From the NCBI GenBank assembly GCA_051294375.1, contig JBJCIZ010000744.1, forward strand, positions 1,106,262 to 1,170,261: a DNA stretch of 64,000 nucleotides, read 5' to 3'. This DNA comes from Paraspadella gotoi (Eukaryota; Animalia; Chaetognatha). Below the pieces are notes generated by a model. It worked only from the letters and a program-made list of their open reading frames with translations, made no database searches and was not told the DNA's origin. Shown here piece by piece: positions 38,001-49,215 of the stretch (positions are counted from its first letter, which is position 1; the number at the start of each line of letters is the position of its first letter). The position numbers and the translations under genes were made by a program.

Positions 38001-39600
38001 TTTTTCTCTTCCTTATTCTGTAATTTTTTTTTCCTCCTAAAAATAAATTATTTTTCCAACAACCTCTGATAAATTTGCATATTACACTTACAGAGGGCAC
38101 GAGAATCGGCTTTTTTAAAGACAGCTTTCACAAAAGTAATAAGTAAAAATCTTTGCCTCCTAATTGGACGTGATAAGGGTTGAGGTGTCAAATAACCTTA
38201 ATCCTTAAACCACCAAAGCCTGTCCAAAGTCAGGGGCAAGATAGATTATTTATTAAATGAATTGATAATTTCATACCTAGTAACCAAAAACACCAGAGAT
38301 TTTTTTTTCCAAAATAATTTTTAGACTAAAACTAATGCAAAATTAATATAATTAATAAATAATAAATATTTATGAAATTGGTACAATCAATATAAAAATT
38401 ATCCATTCATTTGATAAATAACCTATCTTGCCCCTAACTTTGGTGGTTTAAGGCCTCCATCACTCTTACAAGATATTTACATAGCAGGTCCCTGCAGGCT
38501 TTCAATCAAGATTCTCTCATAAATAAAATTAATTCATAAAATTAATAATAAATTAAATAAACAATCTATCTTGGAAAAGGTTATGGTGAACTAAGGCCTC
38601 CATCGCTCTAAGATATTAACACAGCTGTAAGCTTTTAATGATCGCCATCCTTCCAGACCCCCTTTTAATGATCGCCATCCTTCCAGACCCCCCTTTTAAT
38701 GATCGCCATCCTTCCCAAACCCCTTTCAACTCTGTACAACTCTCGCCGATAAAAAGTTAAAAGGGTTCTCTTAACATTAACAACAACAACAACAACAACC
38801 AGAGTCCACTGGCCTTTAAGCTCCTTTCCCCAAATGCGATTCCCGTCGACGGAACCGACGATGACGGCGCCATCTTCGTAAACGATGCAGATTTTTTGTC
38901 CGTCGGAATTCCACTTCATCCCGCGAACGACGGATTTGTTGCGGTTGTTGATCATCTCTTCGTACCAGGCGCCTGGCAGAAAGGATCGCCGGATCTCAGC
39001 TCAATTTCACAACTCGACTTATTTCCAACACTCTGTCTCTCTTTCTCTTTAACCGAGTCTCTCTCTGTTCGCGGTTTATCGAGCAGACAAAAGCGGTTAA
39101 AACCTAACCTCAACTCTAAGCATTTATCTTCGCATTCATCTTAAAACGTTTTTTCGAATAATCCTATTCCTAATTAATTAATCCTAACTACTTCATTATT
39201 TAAATTATCCCTTCCATCCTCCCCGATCAACCCCGCCTTCATCTCCCCTCCCTCCCAACACCCCCACACCTTTGTACAGCATCCAAACGATGATGAGTCC
39301 GAACTGATCGCTCGTGGTCAATTTGTGGTACTGCTCGTTCCAAGTGACCACCTGGACGGCGCCCGAATGACCCTCCAGCGTCTGATTCATGGCCAGATTG
39401 CTGGGAGCTGCCAAACCTCTCGCCTTGCCGTCTTTCCCGTCCTTGCCGTCCTTTCCGCCGGCCACAGTTTCCAGCTTGAGAACTTTGAGCAGCCCATCCT
39501 CTCCACCGCAGGAGATGTAGCCCTGACCCTTGTTCCACGAGACCGAGCGGAGTTTGGTGTTGTTGGGGATCGCGATCTTCTTGCTCAGGTAGATGAACAT
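32091..39600 (-). CDS. WDR35: WD repeat-containing protein 35 / IFT121 (IFT-A subunit)
   Basis: [14 protein letters not shown] start, [68 protein letters not shown] and C-terminal Cys-rich ..NCPLCH; eight exons. Confidence 0.97.
35012..35268 (-). mobile_element. Solo LTR-like copy, diverged family A subfamily, in a WDR35 intron
   Basis: Minus strand TGTGGCAG...GTTGCCATA with 4-bp TSD AGAA (35008-35011 and 35269-35272). A box TGGCTGAGCAGG, B box GGTTCAATCC. Confidence 0.85.
35065..35144 (-). ncRNA. Twister ribozyme, P5-type, P2-P5 perfectly paired
   Basis: CTGGC-TTAA-ATGT-GA-CGG-TGCCGGTA-TAA-ACAT-GC-CAGTGAC-loop-GTCACTG-AGGG-TCCG-CA-GC-CCCT-AC-GCCAG. Predicted cleavage at 35118/35117. Confidence 0.85.
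37819..37892 (+). ncRNA. Twister ribozyme, P5-type (family C), preceded by a tRNA-like head (~37744-37817)
   Basis: GCAGT-TAA-G[A]GG-GA-CGGG-GCGCT-TAA-CCC-GC-CTGTAACA-CGG-TGTTACAG-CCTGA-TCCG-AA-GC-TCAGG-G-ACTGC. Predicted cleavage at 37842/37843. Confidence 0.85.
38204..38475. repeat. Two tail-to-tail family D fragments with complementary halves of a twister fold
   Basis: Plus 38206-38243: TAA-ACC-AC-CAAAG-CCTG-TCCA-AA-GT-CAGG-G-GCAAGATA. Minus 38424-38475: TATCTTGT-AA-G[A]GT-GA-TGGA-GGCCT-TAA-ACC-AC-CAAAG, with P4 deleted. Confidence 0.65.
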
Positions 39601-40298
39601 CGCGGGATTATTGTGGGGGGGGGGAGAGAGAGAGAGAAGAGAGAGAAGAGAGAGAAGAGAGAGAGAGACGGGTCCTTGTGGTTAGGTAGTTTTCTTTTGT
39701 GGTTGAATTTCTTATGCTATCGTATCGCGGTCGATTTTTCCCCCTGTTTTTTCTAAACGCGCTCAAATGTTTAGTTTCGATTAAATATTAATTTCGCCGT
39801 GTTTTTCTTTGTCGATTATAAATAGTTTTCGATCTTTTTTCAGGCACGAAGGTCATTGTATATATTTGATATACGCTTCAATCTAAAACAAAATCGGGTA
39901 AACTACGTTTTATACAATGAACTCTCTCTCTCTTCCCACCCTTTCTCTTCCTTTCATCGTTACAGACTCGAGTCTTCGATCACAAAATAACCAATTCACT
40001 TGTTGACAAATACTAATTACTAAAAATTAGTCCCGGATATCAATCAACAAATCAAATCTTTTTTTTCGCTAACGGGTAAAAACACGCGGAAAAACGTCTT
40101 TCCCGAAGATTTAACCATTAGCCCCCTCCCCTCGCCCCCCCAAAAAAGGGACGAACGATGCCCTCCCCCAAAAAAGCATCAACTTCGACGAGACTCGAAT
40201 TTAAAAAAAAAACAAAAAAACTCGACGATGTGGTTACTCAAAAATAACGACGATATAAATCCAAACCTCATCCAAACAATAAACGAGTTTCTCTCCCC

Positions 40299-42470
40299 TT
40301 AAAAAAACCAAGGTCCCTTCTTTCCATCGTCCAAATCCGCCCTCTCTCCCTTAAAATTTTTGGAGTGCATCGTTGGCTCCCACTTCTTCGCCCACTGAGA
40401 CGGTGGCTTCTTTCCGCAGCCGATCGGCCCGTGGCGTCTCTCGAAGACCATGCGGTGCTTTTGCTTGTAGAAGGCGTTGAGGGCCGTGGCGTTGACCCCT
40501 TGGTCCCCGTGTTTTATCTGGGTGGAGGGGGAGATGACTCATTCTTTAGAATACACATGTAAAAAAGTTAAAAGAGAAGAGAGGTGAGAAGAGACAAGAA
40601 AAATAGTTAAGAGACAGAATAGATGAGGAAAGACCGAAAAAGAAGAAGAGAGAAAAGAGGAAAAAAAAGATTAAAAACAGAAAAAAAAGGAAAGAGAAGG
40701 TTAAAAGGGAAGATTAAGATTAAGAGAAGATTAAGGCGGACCAAAAGAGAGACGAAAAAAAGAAAAGGAGCGAAAAAGAGAAAAGAAGAGAAGATAAGAT
40801 GAGCTACCTGCCAATTACGTTCTGCAACGTACAAATCGTCTCTCTCCTTGCAGCACTTGAACTCGTGGTCGGGCATCCAATGGTAATAACATTCCGCTTT
40901 CCTGTCTCTCAGGATTTCCAGAATGGCGTTGTCCACGCGGAGATCCCTGAGGGAAGAAAAGAGTTGTTTAGAGGCCAGCAAAGAGTAGGTCAGAGGCCAG
41001 CGAAGAGTAGGTCAGAGGCCAGCGAAGAGTAGGTCAGAGGCCAAAGAAGTGTTGGTCAGAGCTGACAGAAGAGTTGATCATACTGAGTTGATCATTCATA
41101 GGCGACTGAAGAGAAGGTCAGAGGCCAGAGAAAATTTGGTCAAAGGCCAGACAAGAATAGGTCATACCACAGGTTATTTTGCGGAATGTATTTAATTTAC
41201 TCGTTACAATGCTTTTTTCACTTTTTACTTGACTCAAGATTAATTTCTTGAGCCGGTAAAAATTTTACTTTCAGGGCTTTGGCGTCTTTTGAAAAACCAC
41301 TTAAAAATACATAAGTATTACTTATTTAAAAAAAAAAAATAATTATGATCTAATTACCCTAACCCTATTAACACGAACCAACCCCTAACGCTAAACCACC
41401 CTTAACCCTTGCCCCTCCCTAACCCCGGTAGGCGAAAGTAAAATTATGCCTCCAATCCGTCTTCTCTGATAATTTCCCAATACTAAGGCCATGCGATCGT
41501 GTCTCTCTCTCTCTCTCTCTCTCTCTCAACAATTGCATTGTTACTGTGTTAAATTTTCACATTTTGAGCATAATAAATCAAATCAAATCAATCTCTCCAC
41601 CTTACTCCTTTCTCCCATAGCTCCTTACCTCTGGTACTGCATGTTGGCCTCGTAAACGCATAAAACATCGTCAGAATTACACTGATCGACGGTCGCTACT
41701 CGAGGATATTTCCTGAGATAAAATAACAATCGTATCCCATTGTAAATAAATACATAAATAAACAAATAAGCTATCTTGCCATTGACTTTGGGAAGACAAT
41801 CTCGAGCACCCCATCCCTCCTACAAAATAATAACATTTTGTACAATTGAAACATTCTTTGAAATATTATACCACCTCATTAATAGGAAAGCAAAGTGAAT
41901 AAACTCGACTGTGAGATAGTCTTGATTGAAAGCTTATAGGGACCTGTTAAGTTATCTTAAACCTTCATAGCCAGTCCAAAGTCAGGCTCAAGATAGATTA
42001 TTTATCTTTTAGATCGGATAATTTTATATTAGATGAATCAAGTTCATAGCAGGACCCTGCAAGCTTTCAATCAGAACTCTCTCGCAGTCAAGACGACTTA
42101 CTCCCACATGGCTTCCCTATCAATCAAAGAATGTTCAAATTGTATAAAGGACCACTCCTAAAGAAATACATCGGGAAATACTATATGGAACTCCGCGCAA
42201 AATACTAAATATAACAAAATTATCCATTCATTCGATAAATATGAACAGGCTATGAAGGGTTAAGGCCCGCCATCCCTCTTACAAGATATTAACATATTAT
42301 TTATTAGTCATATTACCTAAAGACCCTGACCTGTGGTAATAGGGATACTCTTTTCCTCTGAGTTTGGGCAAGATGCTTTTCCGGAAGAAATCCCCCGGCC
42401 AAGCGAGGAGATGGGCCAAAGGGCCATGTTCCTCGTTGCCGAACCAGACCAGCTCGTCGTCATCGGACAT
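40299..42470 (-). CDS. NDUFB10: NADH dehydrogenase (ubiquinone) 1 beta subcomplex subunit 10
   Basis: Four exons: ..YPYYH|RKYPRVATVDQCNSDDVLCVYEANMQYQ|RDLRVDNAILEILRDRKAEC..CCKE..|IKHGDQG..AFYKQKHRM, matching the PDSW subunit pattern. Confidence 0.85.
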
Positions 42471-42827
42471 CGTGACGAGGACGAAGACGACGACGACGAC
42501 GTAGACGACGATGAAGAAGATTCGAGCGTCGACACAAATTAATAAATAAGGTTTCTCGAGATATAAGGTTAATCTAAAATTTAACGATCAACAGTTTTTT
42601 TGTTTTTTTTTATAAAAATAAAACAAAAAATTGATAAAAACGGAAAAATTAAATCGTGATAACAAATTAGCAGTGAATAAAAAACTATGAACGTTTTAAC
42701 TGTTTCATAGTAGAAAGATAACAAATCATAACAATAACATTATTCCTCTTAATTGTAATAAACTGAAGTCTATCTATAGATGTAAACCCCGACCACCCAC
42801 GCGACTAATCCCTCGTTACAGCCCCCA

Positions 42828-43943
42828 CAACCCAAAGTTTCCAAAACCCAAGTTTCCACAACCCAAAGTTTCCTCAACCCAAAGTTTCCACAACCCAAAA
42901 GTTTCCTCAACCCAAGTTTCCACAACCCAAAGTTTCCCAACCCAAACTTTCAAACAACCCAAACTTTCACACCTCAACTTCAATAACCCAAACTTTCAAT
43001 AACCAAACTTTCAATAACCCAAACTTTCAATAACCCAAACTTTCAATAACCCAAACTTTCAATAACCCAAACTTTCAACAACCCAAACTTTCAACAACCC
43101 ACAAACCTTTCAAAACCCAAACTTTCAATAACCCAAACTTTCAAACCCAACTAACAACCAAACTTTCAACAACCCAAACTTTCAACAACCCAAACTTTCA
43201 ACAACCAAACTTTCAACAACCCAACACTTCAACAACCCAAACTTTCAACAACCCAAACTTTCCAACAACCAAACTTTCAACAACCCAAACTTTCAACAAC
43301 CCAAACTTTCAACAACCCAAACTTTCAACAACCCAAACTTTCAACAACCCAAACTTTCAACAACCCAAACTTTCAACAACCCAAACTTTCAACAACCCCA
43401 CTTTCAACAACCAAACTTTCAACAACCCAAACTTTCAACCCAAACTTTCAAACCCAACTTCAATAACCCAACTTTCAATAACCCAAACTTTCAATAACCC
43501 AAACTTTCAATAACCCAAACTTTCAATAACCCAAACTTTCAATACCCAACTTTCAATCAAACTTTCAATAACCCAAACTTTCAATAACCCAACTTTCAAC
43601 AACCAACTTTCAACAACCCAAACTTTCAACACCCAACTTTCAATAACCCAAACTTTCAAATAACCCAAACTTTCAACAACCCAAACTTTCAACAACCCAA
43701 ACTTTCAACAACCCAAACTTTCAACAACCCAAACTTTCAAACAACCCAAACTTTCAACAACCCAACTTTCAACAACCCAAACTTTCAACACCAAACTTTC
43801 AACAACCAAACTTTAACCAAACTTTCAAACCCCAAACTTTCAACAACCAAACTTTCAACAACCCAAACTTTCAACAACCCAAACTTTCAACAACCCAAAC
43901 TTTCAATAACCCAAATTCAATTACCCAAACTTTCAACAACCCC
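42828..43943. repeat. 16-bp minisatellite (~70 units)
   Basis: Unit ACCCAAACTTTCAA(C/T)A; begins a few bases after the mARC paralogue 1 stop codon. Confidence 0.95.
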
Positions 43944-43949
43944 TACTCT

Positions 43950-46122
43950 TTACAGTTCCACTTTCCTTTGACCAACCCAAACGGCGTCACCTTCCCTGAC
44001 TTCTCCCTCTACCACGACGCCCATGCAATTTCCGAAGACGGGTTCTCGACGCAGGTTGACGAGCGACTCGAACTTCCCAATGGTCGACTCCAAGGAGCGG
44101 AAGGACTTGAGGGTAGCCAGGGGTTCTTTATCAGGGTGCAAGACTCCGGAGTCTGGGTTCACGGTCGTCGCCTTGAAAGGGGATAAAGTTTTGGAACAAT
44201 TGGGCTATTTTTACTGCATCTTTTTTTGAGAAATCATAAGTTTTTATAATTAGATTTATTGTATTGTTACTAATTTATATTCTAAATAATACATACATTG
44301 CATCTCATGCACGGCCCGACTCGGCGAAGGATCACTTGACGGCCATCTAAGATATCGATAGACAAATTCATGAGTTAATAGTACCCTTGGACATGGACAA
44401 ACAGATTGTCACAGTTGCCGACCAGAAAAGCGTTTCATAGAACTATTATTTTAAGCAGCGGCCAGAAATTCATTTTTGACGAACCAAATGCGATCCTCGT
44501 CTGGATACAGTATGAAGTGATCAAAGCCGATTATCCTCTCTTATTATAAATTTAAATATAAACTCTTATGTTTTCAATTATTATCCATTAACCTCGATCG
44601 ACATTGGGATCGACGTCCTTGGAACAAAAGACAATCAACTCCCATTCATCTTCCTCCCAAGCAGCGGGTCCCTCGATGACGATGTTGGGCCGAAATCGAC
44701 GCATCGTGATTTTCTCTTCGAGTCGAGAATTTAACACAGTCAACGAGGACGCATTTGTCACTAAAACTGGTGAGTCATTTTGGTAGGCGATGTGACGGTA
44801 TCTGTTGAAAGGATGATGTATCACTTGACAGGCGAAAGATGAATAAAGTAATGTATCGAGTTGAAATTTCTAATCTCAATTTCATTTTATATGTAGTTTA
44901 CATTTATGTTTTATAAACAAGCCAAAATATTATTAACATTAAATTGACTCACTTTAAATTTTTCCCATCAATATCACTGTGGGGCAGGGTATCGGCAAGG
45001 TCTCTTGTTTTAGCCTTGAGAGCCATTGGGGCGCGATAGATCAACCTATGACCTGTAATAATCATTATTGAACATTTTTTTAAATAAAAAGGAACAAGTG
45101 ATAAAGATTTTTTTTAAAACCTGGTTTTCTCAAATAATCGGAGAGCCACTTTGCGACCTCATCCCCGCAGTCAATTCCCTCAGAGAAGACACCAAATATG
45201 TTGGTGTTAACCTTCTGCTCTGGTGAGCAAAGGCGAGTTGGGGGAGAAAAAGTTAAAGGAGCAGCGGAGGGAGCAGAGAAGGTTACCAAACCGAGTGTCT
45301 CGCTAAAAGACAGTCTGGAAATGATATTGTTAAGTTTAAAAGATAGTAAAATGGAATGGAACATAGGGTTTTAAGGTATTTTTAAAAATACTAATTAGAC
45401 CAATTGTTACCCTTTATATTAAGATTATATTTATATATCTATCAAATAAAAAGTCTGAAGATGGAATTTAAAAAAAAAATTACTTGATGAGCGACAACGT
45501 AGGTTCATGGGTGATCCTCACTAATCTGTTTTCATTGCCAAAAACGAGAAGGAACCCGCGATCGATAAGCGAGGAAGAGACAGAGGTAGAGACACCCAAT
45601 TCTCCGCAGTGGATGGCAGACTGGGAAATTCCTGGTAGTTAGGAGGAAAATGTATCTTTAATAATTGTCAACTTTTAATGATTATGAAATAATTTTTTTA
45701 AATCTTAATTTATCTTCCTGACCGAGTCAAATAATTTGAAAATTATATAAGCGATAAAATTATAATCTAATATAAAATGAGCTCAGAGTTTCATATAACT
45801 TGCTTAATAATTTTTATTATAATGCCGATTCATATCCTATAATTGTATTTCTGTCAGTCTTTACCTCAATGTAAATTATTAAGTGTTAAGGACATTATCT
45901 CCAAAAAAATTAGGTATTATAACCTGGAAATGATTTGACGGGATAGATGTTGAGCTGAGTGACAGTTCCAGCAAAAGAAAGTCTGGCATTCTTCAGAGCC
46001 CGGGTGGAACGAATCCGGCCAGCCCAGCGCCTCATTCGCGGAAGGATTTTGTAGAGGAAAAATGAGCCGCCGAGAGTCGCGGCTGCAATAGTGAACAGTA
46101 ATCGTATTTCCGGGATGAGCAT
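43950..46122 (-). CDS. MTARC: Mitochondrial amidoxime-reducing component (MOSC family), paralogue 1
   Basis: N-terminal hydrophobic anchor, LNIYPVKS, GIDCGDEVAKWLS, LNSRLEEKITMRRFRPNIVIEG, PCMRCN|ATTVNPDSG..EPLATLKSFR; seven exons. Confidence 0.9.
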
Positions 46123-46692
46123 AGTATTAAGTATATTGTCCTTAGCTTTATATTAAATTTTTTACCTATTTAATAAAAATATCCGTGATATAACAACTTT
46201 ATAAATGGAATTATAAAAAGAATACAAATTAAAATAAAAAAAAAAAACCACCCAAAAATTAAAAACACCAAATATTAATCAAAACCATAGGTACAACTGT
46301 TGTTCAAATGAATTGTACAGATTTTCCCAAAAATTAAATTATTTGCTTTAAGTATATAAGCAAATGGTAAAACCATCATAAAAAAATAATTTGGTAAAAA
46401 AGTATTTAAAATTGCCAACAATAAAAAAATAGTAACATTACACCAGAAATATAGGAGGCACTTGCATGTAGGGAGTACGTAAGTTAGAACAGAAGTCACT
46501 GAAAATGTTGACCGGAATCATGCAATACCTATTGTTTAAAGCAGGAAGACAGTTAATTTTATTGTTCAACGAATATCAATTATTTAAACCGAAATTTGCC
46601 ACAATTTTTTTTCTTCCTACATTGCACGGTCCTTTCCAATTCTTTTTTTCCGAAACTTTTCAAGCCCTTCTATTTAGTTCTAACAAAACTTT

Positions 46693-48542
46693 TTATCCCT
46701 TATAATTCCACTTTTTCTTAACCACCCAAACGGCATCTCCCTCCCTAACATCACCCTCAACAACTACCCCCATGCAATTCCCAAAAACGGGTTTGCGTCG
46801 ATGCTCTTGGTTAGAGTCGAACTTCCCGATGGCGGATTCAAAAGGTCGGAACTCTCTCAAGGTGGCCAGGGGTTGTTGCTGCGGGTGGACCACGCCCAAG
46901 TCGGGATTCACAGTGGTCACCTTTATTAAGGTTAACATTTAACAAATAAATAAAACATTGAATATTTTAAAAAATATCAATATTTATTCTTTGTAATTAC
47001 CATGCATCTCATCGACGGAGTGACACGGCGAAGCACTACATGACGGTTTTCTGTTTAAAAAAATCCTAAAATTTGTTAACCGTCATTAAAGAACTGCAAC
47101 GCAAAGACATTTTGACAAACCATGATCTAGGTTAGGGTTGACATCCTTAGGACAAAAAACTAGCAAATCCCATTCATCTTCCTCCCAAGCAGCGGGTCCC
47201 TCGACGACGATGTTGGGACGAAATCGACGCATCGTGATTTTCTCTTCGAGTCGAGAATTCAACGCCGTTAACGACGACGCATTGGTCACTAGAACTGGAG
47301 CCTCATCTTGATACGCAATGTGACGATATCTGCCAGAGATGGCGCGTTAAAGACTCTTCTAACTAAACAGTTTGCCTTTATTCCACCAACCTTAAAAAAT
47401 ATACATCGAAAAATATAACTAAATGAAAGCCTTCTCACTTAAGGTTTTTCCCATCTATATCGCTATGAGGAATCGTCTCTGCAATCCCTCGCGAATCGTC
47501 CGTGAGAGCCGAAGGGGCGCGATAAATCATTCGATGCCCTTAATAAATTGAAAATAATAGAAGTTTGGATCTTTTCATTCTTGGCAAATTTTAACTTTCA
47601 ATCTCGCTGTAGCCTACAGTGTAGGAGCTAAAACCGGATATTTATCGAGAATCGCCAGATATACGGCTGCCACAAATACTCTCTTTCACCGAGCTATCGA
47701 TATCACAAAGGACATTTAAATTATTTTAAAATTATTTCTAAAACACGTCCTTTTTTTTCTTTCTCTTTTACTCTTCAGCATCGGAACCTGGTTTTCCCAA
47801 GAACCGCGACAGCCAATCGGCGACGGTTTCTCCGCAATCGAGTCCCTCGGAGAGAACGCCGAACACTTTGGTCGCGATTCTCTCTTTGGGCGAAGGAGCG
47901 CGGGAAGGAAGAACGAAGGTCAACGGAGAGGCGGCGGTCGGGGCGGAGAAGGTAACTTCGTGGGTGGATTCGTTGAAGGAGACTCTGAATGGATTGTGGG
48001 TGAATAGAGTCAAATACTCCATTAACTTTTTCATCAATGGCAATAAATAACAACTTTTTTATAAATAAACTTGTTATTCGTAGCTCAAATTACACGGAGG
48101 ACACCACAAAAAGTAATTACAGATATCATAGAAATTAAACGCGATAACTTTTCAACTCTGTATGAATTACTGCTATATGCAAATGAGATTAAAGACCACG
48201 AGCTCTTTCAAACTGACTCGATGAGGACGAGCGTGGGCTCTTGTCTCATCGTGACGAATCTGTGATCCTCGCCGAAGACGACGAGGAGACCGCGATCGAT
48301 GAGCGGAGATGATGAAGAGGAGGAGACGCCCAAAGCGCCGCAGTGGATCGAGGATCGGGGAATCCCTCAAAGGAAAAAAATTAAATCAATTTAATAATTA
48401 AAGTCATTAAATTCACTGATGATTACATGTTTTGCCATATTAAGATTTATCTTTGAGACATTTTTACACGTTTCATTCTTAAGTCTACAAAATCTTATTT
48501 ACTAAATATCACAAACACAATTACATTTTTGATATTCAGTAG

Positions 48543-48589
<47 letters not shown>

Positions 48590-49215
48590 TTATTATTATT
48601 ATTATTATAAGTGTATACAAGATTTTACGCCTCGCCACTACATTCTTAACTTTTTCTCGGCCAGTTTTCAAATGGGCCAATATATTTCGCGGTCATTTAA
48701 CCCGTATTCCGAGAGAGAAATAGTTTTAAATCTCACTAATGACGTTTCGCCCGGAGGAAACTCCGTTTTTACGAGTTTTCCGGTGGATTTTTTGATATTA
48801 AAATAAAGTCTAAATATTCAATACGACTTTTTCTTCCTAATTCTTCGGCACTACTCGTGTTAAAACGTTACGACGAGCGTTACGACGACGTTTCGACTCC
48901 ACGGGCATAGAAAATACAAAAACATTTTCTACAATAAGTTTTTATCAGTTTTTTTAATTAGTTGGGTGTGAGTTACACAAAGGTGAAAAATGAGAGTCGT
49001 TGTACAGAGAACTCACTCTTGAAAGACTTTGCCGGATAGATGTTGAGCTCGCCGACTGTTCCGGCAAAGGAGAGGCGGACATCCTTTAAGGCGCGGGCGG
49101 ATCGTAGCCTACGGATCCAGCGTCTCGTCAGCGGTAGGAGTCCGAAGAGAAGGATGGAGGCGCCGAGCGTCGCCACGCCCACCGTCAACCATTGACGCGC
49201 ATCCGGATGCGACAT
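46693..49215 (-). CDS. MTARC: Mitochondrial amidoxime-reducing component (MOSC family), paralogue 2
   Basis: Same seven-exon layout: LNIYPAKS, GLDCGETVADWLS, AYQDEAP, FRPNIVVEG, PSMRCM|VTTVNPD. Confidence 0.9.
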
